Shown here one piece after another: positions 29,077 to 38,181 of a stretch of 64,000 nt of DNA (positions within the stretch are counted from its first letter, which is position 1; each line of letters starts with the position of its first letter). Origin of the DNA: Thermoproteota archaeon (lineage in GTDB: Archaea; Thermoproteota; Thermoprotei; Thermofilales; B9-G17); the NCBI GenBank assembly GCA_029258885.1, contig JAPDJW010000002.1, forward strand, positions 192,001 to 256,000. Reading direction: 5' to 3'. The notes under the pieces were generated by a model. That model saw only the letters and a program-made list of their open reading frames with translations, searched no databases and was not told where the DNA came from. A program made the translations under genes and the position numbers.

Positions 29077-30217
29077 AACAGGGTTAGATGTACTTGTCGA
29101 AGAGAAGCTTAGAAGCATAGAGGGAGACAAGGTAGGTTTAGTAATAAACCATACGGCTTTAACTAGAGACCTGGAGTTCATAGTTGATGTATTTCGAAGA
29201 TGTGGAAAGGAGATACCGGTAGTTTTTTCACCAGAGCACGGCTTAATGGGTGACGTTGCTGACGCCGTAAAGGTTGAGTCATATAGGGATCCCGATTTAG
29301 ACGTATATGTATATAGCTTATACGGGAAAACATATGAGCCACCCCTAGATCTCGTCAGGGATTTCGATGCACTAGTATATGATATCCAGGATTTAGGAGT
29401 TAGATGGTATACCTTTATTTCAACCCTCTACTACTCCCTAAGGGCAGCGGCAAAAGCCAATACACCGATTTATGTTCTGGATAGACCTAACCCTGTAACC
29501 GGAGTAGCTATAGAGGGTCCGGTTTTAGATCCCAGATTTAAGTCCTTTGTAGGAATATATAGGCTTCCGACGAGATACGCCTTAACATGCGGCGAGCTAG
29601 CCCTCCTCTACAATAAGGAGGAGGGATTTAATGCTGATTTAAAGGTAATAGAAATGAGAAACTGGAGAAGGAGCATGTGGTACGATGAAACAGGATTAAT
29701 ATGGGTTCCTCCCTCCCCCAACATACCGTCGCTTGAAACCGCAACAATATACCTTGGTACATGTCTAATAGAGGGCACGAACATTTCTGAAGGCAGGGGA
29801 ACTCCTAATCCATTCGTCTACATAGGAGCGCCCTGGATTAAGCCTAGGGATCTAGCAAGACGCATGAACTCGCTTAACCTTAAGGGGGTAAAGTTTAGAC
29901 CAATCTACTTCAGACCTTCTGTGTCCAAGTATGCTGGTGAAAGGTGCGGAGGAGTACAGGTCCATTTAATTGATAGAGAGAAATTTCAGCCTCTAAGGAC
30001 GGGCTTGTATCTAATAAAGACTATTATGGAAATGTATCCGGATAAGTTTGAGTGGAGGGTGTTTAAAGGGGAATACTTCTTCGATAAACTCATAGGTAGA
30101 GGCTACGTCAGAAAGTATCTCGAGGAGGGATATGATATAGAATACATTGAAGAGACCTGGCTTAAAGACCTACAGGAGTATAGGGATAGAATTAAGGATA
30201 TTATGCTGTATGGATAA
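29051..30217 (+). CDS. namZ: Exo-beta-N-acetylmuramidase (DUF1343), no signal peptide
   Basis: VKTGLDVL, FSPEHG, YSLYG, YDIQDLGVRWYT, LDRPNP, PSPNIP and EGTNISEGRGT motifs. Confidence 0.92.
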   Translation: MYLISGAVKTGLDVLVEEKLRSIEGDKVGLVINHTALTRDLEFIVDVFRRCGKEIPVVFSPEHGLMGDVADAVKVESYRDPDLDVYVYSLYGKTYEPPLDLVRDFDALVYDIQDLGVRWYTFISTLYYSLRAAAKANTPIYVLDRPNPVTGVAIEGPVLDPRFKSFVGIYRLPTRYALTCGELALLYNKEEGFNADLKVIEMRNWRRSMWYDETGLIWVPPSPNIPSLETATIYLGTCLIEGTNISEGRGTPNPFVYIGAPWIKPRDLARRMNSLNLKGVKFRPIYFRPSVSKYAGERCGGVQVHLIDREKFQPLRTGLYLIKTIMEMYPDKFEWRVFKGEYFFDKLIGRGYVRKYLEEGYDIEYIEETWLKDLQEYRDRIKDIMLYG

Positions 30218-30331
30218 AGCGGTGTTTTAAGGCATAATGTACCTGCACTATTCTCTTAGTGTTTTATACAATGGCTAGTAGATGCTATAACTGGAACAAT
30301 AAAGTTTAAAATAAATCCAGTAATATAGTCA

Positions 30332-31942
30332 TTGGACGGTGATCGCTTGAAGTTTAAAGGAATGCTTATACTTGAATTCAGCAAGCCCCTGACAGAAGAG
30401 CACAACGGGCTCATTAGACACGTGGTAGACGAATTAAATAATAATATATTGGTTAAGGGCGCGACATTACCTGAGGAGGCAGCTAAAGTAGTCGATTTCC
30501 GTATAGAGGACGGAAAGCTGGTACTAAATCTTGAGACTGGTAGACAGGTTAGGATACATAGTGCTGCTATGAGAATTAAAAACTACGTAGCTAAGATCTT
30601 TGGCTCAAAGCTAAAGGTTGGAGTAAGAGGCTTAACTCTGAAGGACACGGTTATAGAGCTTGATGGAGAGTTTTCAGTCTCACCTAAGATACCTTTAATA
30701 AGGAAGCTATTAGTGGACGAGGGTAAAACGTACGTATACCTGGATGTTATGGATGAGAGCGTATTAAAGAAGCCGGTGCTGGATAGGCTTATTAAGCTAC
30801 TTAACGATAAGGAGATGAGGGCGAAGTGGAAGGGTAAGGCCGAACACTGGCAGCTTATTAAGAGGAGCAGGGAGAAGGAGCCCCTGTTTAAAGAGGATCC
30901 TAATAAAATCTTCGAGGAGATAGGATGGATAAAGAGGTTTTCGATAGGTCAGTGGATATACACTCCGCCGGCCATATACTTAATAAACATGATAAAACAA
31001 CTCTTCTTGGAGGAGGTAGTTAAGCCTCTAGGGTTTGAGGAGGTAGTATTCCCGAAGATATATCCTCCGGAGATAGGGCTTAAAACAGGGCATTTAAAGG
31101 GCACCATAAACTCGATGCTCTTCGCTTCACTACCGATCTCCTACGATATATCAGCCTTCGAGGAGCTTATAGACTACATGTCCGTAATGAACGAGGTTCC
31201 TCAGGAGGATCTTAGGGATTATCTTAGGCCACCATCCTACTTCCTCTGTTTTGCACAGTGCGAGCCATTCTACCAGTTCTTCAGTGGAGAAATAGTTGAC
31301 GATAGAGCGCTTCCTATCAAGTGGTTCGACCAGAGCGGTCCATCATTTAGGTGGGAGGCGGGAGGCCTACATGGAGTTGAGAGGCTAATAGAGTTCCACA
31401 GAATAGAGGTTGTTTGGCTTGGAAAGCCCGAGCAAGTTGTTGAAATAAGGAATCAGCTACTGGAGAGATACGAGCACTTCATGGATAAGGTGCTGGATCT
31501 AGAGTGGAGGTGGGCTTGGGTAACACCATGGTACCTTGAGCACGCAGGCGTAATAGAGAAAATAAGTGAGGAGATTAATAGACCAGGAACAATAGATTTC
31601 GAGGCCTGGCTGCCGTATAAGGGATCTAGGGATGACGCTAAAGCATGGCTTGAAATAGGGAATATATCAATTCACGGAACGAAGTTCACAGACCCATTTA
31701 AGATAAAATACAGCAAGAAGAACATGAAGCTGTGGACCGGTTGTTCAGGGTTTGGAGTAGAACGCTGGATGCTAGTTTTCATAGCGCAGAAGGGATTTGA
31801 CCCCGAGAACTGGCCAAGTAAGCCGAGAGAATACGTTAAGAAGAACCCAATGCCTAAGTCGTTACTAATGGTAACCTATCCTAAGACTAAGGAAGGAAAA
31901 GAATTACTCAAGAAAATTGTAGATTTATATTCTAATCCTTGA
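30332..31942 (+). CDS. serS: Seryl-tRNA synthetase, methanogen-type (SerRS2, Zn-dependent)
   Basis: AQCEPF, FRWEAGG..G.ER..EF.RIE and WTGCSGFGVERW carry the Cys/Glu/Cys Zn ligands; full N-terminal domain present. Probable start TTG 30347 after GGTGA. Confidence 0.9.
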   Translation: MDGDRLKFKGMLILEFSKPLTEEHNGLIRHVVDELNNNILVKGATLPEEAAKVVDFRIEDGKLVLNLETGRQVRIHSAAMRIKNYVAKIFGSKLKVGVRGLTLKDTVIELDGEFSVSPKIPLIRKLLVDEGKTYVYLDVMDESVLKKPVLDRLIKLLNDKEMRAKWKGKAEHWQLIKRSREKEPLFKEDPNKIFEEIGWIKRFSIGQWIYTPPAIYLINMIKQLFLEEVVKPLGFEEVVFPKIYPPEIGLKTGHLKGTINSMLFASLPISYDISAFEELIDYMSVMNEVPQEDLRDYLRPPSYFLCFAQCEPFYQFFSGEIVDDRALPIKWFDQSGPSFRWEAGGLHGVERLIEFHRIEVVWLGKPEQVVEIRNQLLERYEHFMDKVLDLEWRWAWVTPWYLEHAGVIEKISEEINRPGTIDFEAWLPYKGSRDDAKAWLEIGNISIHGTKFTDPFKIKYSKKNMKLWTGCSGFGVERWMLVFIAQKGFDPENWPSKPREYVKKNPMPKSLLMVTYPKTKEGKELLKKIVDLYSNP

Positions 31943-33044
31943 TCGATGAAGCAACTATGTTATGAAGCAGGGGTCTAATCCTTAAAATAGCCCTGTTTTC
32001 TCTTGTAGGGTGTACTCTATTCGTCAGAAACACTACGAACAGCTCCTCCTCTGGATCGATCCAAAGGGAGGTTCCAGTAAATCCGGTATGTCCATACGAT
32101 CTATCGCTAAATAAGTCCCCGCAGGATGAACCCCTAGTTTTTAGGGCCCATCCAATACCTCGTCTGTCGTTTAACCCCTCCGTATGGCATTGAGTCATTA
32201 AATCGACGCTTTTCCTAGAAAGTATCGTTACATTACCTAAGGAGCCTCTATTCAGCATAAATAAGGCAAATTTAGCTATATCTAGAGCTGTTGAGAAAAG
32301 ACCAGCATGTCCGGATATACCATCCATTCTATAGGCGTTTTCGTCATGCACCTCGCCCACGAGTATGCGTTTCCTGAATTTACAGAACTCCGTTGCAGCT
32401 ATTCTATCTGCGACCTCCTTGCTAGGATTATACGTTGTATCGTTCATTCCAAGGGGATTAAATATCAGATCTCTAGCTAGAACGTCGATCCTCTTACCCG
32501 TCAAATACTCAATTATATATGTGAGGAGAATTATACCCAGATCGCTGTAGACAACCTTATCACCAGGAGAATATTTCAACGGCATCCTTATAACGTACCT
32601 AAAGACTTCATCTCTAGAGCTACAGTACGAGTATAGAGGAAGCCAAGCCGGAAGACCGCTAGTATGCGTAAGCAAGTGTAGGACGGATACCTTCTGTTTA
32701 TCGCCTTCACTGTAGAGGGGGGCTAAACCCGGAGACACCAGATCAATAACTTTATCATCAAGCCTCAAAACACCCTCCTCAACCAGTATCATGGTTAAAG
32801 TTGCGGCGACGATAGGCTTAGTCAAAGACGCTAGGTCAAATATCGTATCCTTACGCATCTCCACACGCCTAGGAGTGATCATCGAGTATCCGAAGGCCTT
32901 ATGGTAAACTATCCTACTTCTTCTTCCAACTAAGACCACAGCTCCAGGGAAAGCTCCATTCTCAATACACTTGCATAGAAATTCATCAAGCCTACTAAGC
33001 CTACTAGAGCTCAATCCGACGTCTTCCGGTCTAGCGGTTTCCAT
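31932..33044 (-). CDS. Beta-lactamase-fold serine hydrolase (AmiE/YbbE-like MurNAc-L-Ala amidase candidate), cytoplasmic
   Basis: FDLASLTKP (SxxK), LLTHTSGLP, YSDLG, GHAGLFSTA and HTGFTG motifs; no signal peptide. Confidence 0.85.
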   Translation of the reverse strand: METARPEDVGLSSSRLSRLDEFLCKCIENGAFPGAVVLVGRRSRIVYHKAFGYSMITPRRVEMRKDTIFDLASLTKPIVAATLTMILVEEGVLRLDDKVIDLVSPGLAPLYSEGDKQKVSVLHLLTHTSGLPAWLPLYSYCSSRDEVFRYVIRMPLKYSPGDKVVYSDLGIILLTYIIEYLTGKRIDVLARDLIFNPLGMNDTTYNPSKEVADRIAATEFCKFRKRILVGEVHDENAYRMDGISGHAGLFSTALDIAKFALFMLNRGSLGNVTILSRKSVDLMTQCHTEGLNDRRGIGWALKTRGSSCGDLFSDRSYGHTGFTGTSLWIDPEEELFVVFLTNRVHPTRENRAILRIRPLLHNIVASSIKD

Positions 33045-33224
33045 GGCAAAAATATATTCTGTATCGCATAAATAGATTTCAGTAAAAGTTCAGGCTATGA
33101 AGTTATTTGAAGCAGACAAGACATGGAAATCTCGTTGAAACCTCAAGTACTATATGGATGGCTAAATGCTACAAAATAAATATTTATTAAGGATGCTTTA
33201 CATGAAGATAGTGGAGGATTCAAA

Positions 33225-33398
33225 ATGCTGTCGGAGAAGCTCGAGGAACTACCTGACGATGAACTAGACGAGTTGGAGGAGGATATTGAAAGGGTAGAGG
33301 AGATTATCGAGAAAAAAGTGAAGAGTAAGGGTAGGAAGAGAAGGAGCAGAGGACCCTATAGGAAGGCTTGGCTTGGAGGAAAAATGGTTAAATTCTAA
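33225..33398 (+). CDS. Small 57-aa protein, acidic N-half and basic C-half
   Basis: Read manually: GGAGG then ATG 33225, MLSEKLEELPDDELDELEEDIERVEEIIEKKVKSKGRKRRSRGPYRKAWLGGKMVKF*. Confidence 0.5.
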   Translation: MLSEKLEELPDDELDELEEDIERVEEIIEKKVKSKGRKRRSRGPYRKAWLGGKMVKF

Positions 33399-33527
33399 AA
33401 TCTCTCAAACAAGAAATAATTTAATTTTCTAGGTGGATGAATTTCTTGCTAATACTTAGCTGATATCTAGAGAACACTTTCACCTAACTCTTGATAATTA
33501 ACATAAGTGTTTAGTTAGTGAATAACT

Positions 33528-36500
33528 TTGCCAGAGGTTATGCTCATGGTCATACAGCAAGAGGAGGCTCTCGAAAGAGAGTCTGATGAGGTAAGCCTCA
33601 AGAAGTATGAGCAGCAGTATGTGGAGATGATTGACTGGGAGGTTAGAGAGAATGCAAACACCAATAGGTCGTATGGAAATTTCCTCGGATACATACTTGA
33701 TAAAACAATGAAGAAACCCGAGGTACTGGCCAGCTACCTCCCTCCGGATGCAGTTGAATATCACTTTAAAGGTTGGCTTCACATTCACAAGCTACCTCAT
33801 TCACTTTATATACCCTATTGTGCTGGCTGGAGCATAGAGAAGATACTGAGAATGGGACTAAAGACTCCAACTATAATTTCGAGGCCGGCTAGACACCTGG
33901 ATACAGCCGTAAGTCACCTAATAAACTTCTTCTTCCTAACGGCACAGGAGTGGACAGGAGCAGTAGCAGTATCAGCGTTCGACCTCTTCATGGCTCCATT
34001 TGTAAGGAAGGATAACCTCAATTATAAGCAAGTTAAACAGTGTCTACAGAAAATGCTTTTCGAACTAAACTATCCCAGCAGAATGGGTTATCAAAGCCCC
34101 TTCACTAACATAACATTGGTTATTGATACGAGCGATTCTATGCTTAACGGCTCAGCTATAACGGATGGTAAAGTTTCTGGCAAATTAGGCGATTACGTAG
34201 ATGAAGCCATATTGATAGATAACGCGTTGCTAGACTTGTATTCTGAGGGGGATGCCTTAGGGCAGCCATTTAGCGTATCGGGCGATACCTATACGATCAT
34301 AGTTGAGAACGGCGAGTATAAGGTTGTAAAGATAGGCGAATACGTAGACTCCCTGTTCAGAAGATATAAGGATAGGGCTGTGAAGCGGCACGAGTACGAG
34401 GTGCTATCTCTGAATGGATTAGATATTAGGACGTTTGGATTTGATGAACATAAGCAGGTATTAATGCATAAGGTGAAGTACGTCGTCAGGCATAGGACGC
34501 ATAAAATATTAAAGATTACATGTGAGGGAGGCTTCGAGGTTAAGGTCACTCCTACTCATTCGGTTTTCACGTATAGGGGCGGAAAGATAGTAGCTGTAAG
34601 GGCCTCAGATCTCGGGGAGGGAGACTACATACTGGGCATAGGTCGGCTTCCCAGCGAGAATATAAGGCTGGAAATTAACGTACCGAAGCTATTAGCTTTA
34701 CATGGCCTAATGGAAAACGTCTTTCTCTCACTCGATGACGATGGGAGAATAAGGCTAAAGGAGGTTCAGGATAAGATTGATGAAATGAATTTAGAGGAAT
34801 GCTACGTGTATCTCGGCGGATCTAAACACAAAGTACCGTGCATCGTAGATGTGGACGAGGAGCTAGCCTATTTCCTAGGCTTTTTCCTATCGGGTGGGCG
34901 CATAGAGGGCAGGGTATTTGATGTCAGTAGAAGAGCTGGCAGCGTTGAACTTGTCTTAAGGCTTAACATAAAACCCGGAGAGGATGTTGTAGGCAGAATA
35001 ATTGGGATAATTAGAAGGAAATTCAATATTGAACCCAAGGTAAAAGTGGATAAGCTAAGAAACTTAATCGAAGTAAGGATTTGCAGTAGGCTATTAGCTA
35101 GAATATTTACTTTACTCCTTGGTTCTCGCGGAAGGACTATTCCCTCCGCTATCTATAGGGCACCATATACGGTTAAAGTAGCCCTTCTTGCCGGGTATTT
35201 AGATGGAGATAGGACAGCGGAGATAAGGATCGATAGAGTAAAATGGGATAGTTTCAGCATAGCATTCCACTCAACAGAGGCTGGTCTTGCTTATAGCATA
35301 GCCTACCTTCTCCTACAGATGGGAATACCCATTAAGCTCTATAGATATTATCCCGGAGGATATATGTCTTCACGTGAATACTACTATGTCATAGCTCCAG
35401 CAAGTAGATTGCCTTCGGAAATATTGGAGTATAGCTACAAGCTGAGTGAGCTCAAAAAACATGCTCTAAAGACGGAGCTTACGGAGAATGCTTGGAGACG
35501 AGCCGTAGAGGTTATTGCAATGTGTGATGGAGGTATAAGCGAAGCTAAGCCGAGTGGAAGGGATGGTGATCTAGTATTCATGCGCATTAGGAAGATAGAG
35601 GAGATTGAGGGCGATTTCACAGTATATGATTTATCGACTGAAGAGGGGGCATTCATAGCTAACAACTTCATAGTACATAACACGTTTCCTATACCAACTA
35701 TAATGTTAACTAAGAAATTCGATTGGAATGGAAGAAGATGGGGTGAACTAACGGACAAAATCTTCACCGCACTAGCAAGAAAGGGTACAGCCTACCTCTT
35801 AAACGGAAATGCAACGAACGTAGAGGCATTATACTCCATGTGCTGTAGGCTTACAATAAATATAAGCAGGCTAAATAACAATAACTTTAGCTTAAAACTT
35901 ATTCCTACAGTGAAGCCTGGGGGAGATGGCAACTATACGTCCGTGCTGAAGGAGAATAGGCAGGCCTTCGGTATATGGGCTCTCCCCGACGCTACGGGAA
36001 GCATAGGGGTAGTAACCATAAACATGCCTAGGATAGCAATATTGAGTAAGGGAGAATGGGATAAATTCGAGGAACTGCTGGAGAAACTCTTATTAAAGGC
36101 TAGAAAGGTGCTACAGACCTGGAGGAGCAGATACAATTTAAACCTTAGTAGAGGATTCATGCCCCTCACCAAGACATACCTCGGCCATTTCATGAATCAC
36201 TTCAACACATTCGGAATAATAGGCTTACCTGAAGCAGCAGCAAACTTTATGAGGGATCCGGAGCTATGGATCGAGTGCAACAAGAAGAGGATTGATGAAG
36301 CCGTAGCAATAATGAGGAGAATGGTATCCTACGTTAGACGTAAAGCTAAAGAGTTTGAGCAGATGGACGGCGTCCTATATAACGTTGAGGAAATACCTGG
36401 CGAAAGCACGGGATACAGGCTGGCGTCAATAGACGCGGCAAGATTTAAGGAGGAGATTAGACGCGGAGAGGTATTCATGCCCATGTACGATGGAGTACCA

Positions 36501-36905
36501 TTCTACAGCAACTCGGTCATACCCTACTATGCGGACGTACCCATATACAGGAGAGCGGTATGGGAGGGCACGGTTCAGGGAGAGTTCACAGGCGGAGTAA
36601 TGATGCACTTATTCCTTAACGAAAGCCCAGATCCAAGGGCTCTAAAGAACCTAATATACAGGATTGTACACGATACAAGGGTAGTATACTTCAGCATAAC
36701 GCCAACATTAGCTGTCTGTAGGAAGTGTGGATGGAAAGCAGTGGGAGTATATGACAAATGTCCCAGTTGCGGCAACGAGAACGTAGACCACTGGAGTAGG
36801 ATCGTTGGATACTACAGGCCAGTTAGAAACTGGAACATAGGTAAGAAGGCAGAGTTTAAACTTAGGGTGCATTATGGAATTAACTCTATAGTTTCCGCCT
36901 CCTAA
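33528..36905 (+). CDS. nrdD: Class III anaerobic ribonucleoside-triphosphate reductase, intein-containing, no N-terminal ATP cone
   Basis: HIHKL, PYCAG, QSPFTN, MCCRL, CRKCG...CPSCG zinc ribbon and WSRIVGYYRP glycyl-radical motif. Confidence 0.95.
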   Translation: MPEVMLMVIQQEEALERESDEVSLKKYEQQYVEMIDWEVRENANTNRSYGNFLGYILDKTMKKPEVLASYLPPDAVEYHFKGWLHIHKLPHSLYIPYCAGWSIEKILRMGLKTPTIISRPARHLDTAVSHLINFFFLTAQEWTGAVAVSAFDLFMAPFVRKDNLNYKQVKQCLQKMLFELNYPSRMGYQSPFTNITLVIDTSDSMLNGSAITDGKVSGKLGDYVDEAILIDNALLDLYSEGDALGQPFSVSGDTYTIIVENGEYKVVKIGEYVDSLFRRYKDRAVKRHEYEVLSLNGLDIRTFGFDEHKQVLMHKVKYVVRHRTHKILKITCEGGFEVKVTPTHSVFTYRGGKIVAVRASDLGEGDYILGIGRLPSENIRLEINVPKLLALHGLMENVFLSLDDDGRIRLKEVQDKIDEMNLEECYVYLGGSKHKVPCIVDVDEELAYFLGFFLSGGRIEGRVFDVSRRAGSVELVLRLNIKPGEDVVGRIIGIIRRKFNIEPKVKVDKLRNLIEVRICSRLLARIFTLLLGSRGRTIPSAIYRAPYTVKVALLAGYLDGDRTAEIRIDRVKWDSFSIAFHSTEAGLAYSIAYLLLQMGIPIKLYRYYPGGYMSSREYYYVIAPASRLPSEILEYSYKLSELKKHALKTELTENAWRRAVEVIAMCDGGISEAKPSGRDGDLVFMRIRKIEEIEGDFTVYDLSTEEGAFIANNFIVHNTFPIPTIMLTKKFDWNGRRWGELTDKIFTALARKGTAYLLNGNATNVEALYSMCCRLTINISRLNNNNFSLKLIPTVKPGGDGNYTSVLKENRQAFGIWALPDATGSIGVVTINMPRIAILSKGEWDKFEELLEKLLLKARKVLQTWRSRYNLNLSRGFMPLTKTYLGHFMNHFNTFGIIGLPEAAANFMRDPELWIECNKKRIDEAVAIMRRMVSYVRRKAKEFEQMDGVLYNVEEIPGESTGYRLASIDAARFKEEIRRGEVFMPMYDGVPFYSNSVIPYYADVPIYRRAVWEGTVQGEFTGGVMMHLFLNESPDPRALKNLIYRIVHDTRVVYFSITPTLAVCRKCGWKAVGVYDKCPSCGNENVDHWSRIVGYYRPVRNWNIGKKAEFKLRVHYGINSIVSAS
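34272..35681 (+). mobile_element. Intein (470 aa) with a DOD/LAGLIDADG homing-endonuclease domain
   Basis: Inserted at GQPF|SVSGDT...FIVHN|TFPIPT. Block B VTPTH; blocks F/G VYDLST...VHN; LAGLIDADG-like FLGFFLSGG and LAGYLDGDR. Confidence 0.92.
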
Positions 36906-37046
36906 CACAATAATTCTAAACGATTGCGAGGCTTGTTCTCTAAAATTTAATTCCTATAATTCAACCAAGACTTCCTTATATAAGTATGCGGCGTATAGAA
37001 TGTAGAGGAGCTAGTAAGCTTAATATTCAAGCTCTCTCTTCCGCAT

Positions 37047-37940
37047 TTGGTGTTAAGATTGTATATAGCTTTAGATGCACTACTTAAATTCTATACACCG
37101 CTTTTGCTCGGATACATATACGGCAGAGTATTCAGAGTAGATGAGAAATTTACGATGAGGCTATCAAGGCTGGTACTCTATATACTACTGCCGCTCCTAT
37201 TGTTTGATTCAATATATAGCAAGGGTAGGAAGGGAGATTTCAGCGAACTTGGGCTAATAACGATAGTAGCTATAGCGGGGGTAGCAATTTCCCTAGCTGT
37301 ATCAATAGCGGTATTCCGTAATTCATTCGATAAGGTAATGTGCACCTTTTATCCTAATTCAGGCTACCTCCCAATACCCATAGCAATAAGCATGTGGGGA
37401 AAGGATGCAGTATCCTACGTAGGCTTCTTCATAATAGGAAGTAATGTGACATCAAACATTCTAATACCGCTATTATCAGCCTTAGATCTAAAGAGGGGGT
37501 TGAGAAGGCTAAAATACTATCCTCCAATATACGCTGCTCTCTCGGCGCTAGCTCTCGCAGTTCTCGGAGTAGAGGTGCCAACAACAATTCTTGACGTACT
37601 AGAACCTATCGGAGAGACAGCTCCAATAATAGCGTTAATAGTGCTGGGGATAGAGACAACATACCTGAAGGAATTCGAATATGATGGCCTAAAAGTATAT
37701 CTAGTTAGACTAATGCTAGCGCCAGTTATGGTCACATTAGCAATGTTCCTCAACCTAACCGAGCTAGCGGTAAAGGTAGTTGAACTAGAAAGCATAATGC
37801 CGCCAGCCGTGACAAACATAATATTATCAAACGAATACAACATAAATCCGAGGAAAGTAGCGGGAATAGTACTTACATCAACACTTATATCAACATTCAT
37901 AGTAATACCGATGGCAATATTTAGATTTCTAGCATGCTAA
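37047..37940 (+). CDS. AEC (auxin efflux carrier)-family transporter
   Basis: LYILLPLLLF, YPNSGYLPIP, YPPIYA, ALIVLG and ESIMPPAV motifs; about 10 TM segments. Confidence 0.85.
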   Translation: MVLRLYIALDALLKFYTPLLLGYIYGRVFRVDEKFTMRLSRLVLYILLPLLLFDSIYSKGRKGDFSELGLITIVAIAGVAISLAVSIAVFRNSFDKVMCTFYPNSGYLPIPIAISMWGKDAVSYVGFFIIGSNVTSNILIPLLSALDLKRGLRRLKYYPPIYAALSALALAVLGVEVPTTILDVLEPIGETAPIIALIVLGIETTYLKEFEYDGLKVYLVRLMLAPVMVTLAMFLNLTELAVKVVELESIMPPAVTNIILSNEYNINPRKVAGIVLTSTLISTFIVIPMAIFRFLAC

Positions 37941-37971
37941 AACTATTTATAATAGTCTACCGTATAGGAAC

Positions 37972-38026
37972 CTAGTGATGATGCGAGCAGACTCTGACAA
38001 ATGATGTATACCAAACCATCTGAAGC
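37972..38026 (+). ncRNA. Box C/D methylation-guide sRNA
   Basis: C GTGATGA 37975-81; 12-nt guide TGCGAGCAGACT; D' CTGA 37994-97; 3-nt spacer; C' ATGATGT 38001-07; 12-nt guide ATACCAAACCAT; D CTGA 38020-23. TTTATAA box just upstream. Confidence 0.85.
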
Positions 38027-38181
38027 TTTCTGCCCCCTGATATTTTTCACTAAGCTTCTAATACTGTTTATGAAACGCGTATAATTCCTTAATACTTTAA
38101 AATAAGTATTACCCCTATGCAATAGTATTAGATTAACTATTAAAAGAAAAGTTTATATGTATCTTTGACAAAACATATATT

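Noticed and set aside
585-33044. Bacterial contamination, or own-wall (pseudomurein) recycling
   Set aside because: Archaeal promoters, RBS and codon style run through the block and SerRS2 lies inside it. Pseudomurein lacks MurNAc, so MurQ/AnmK/NamZ would have no substrate. A chimera cannot be fully excluded without reads.
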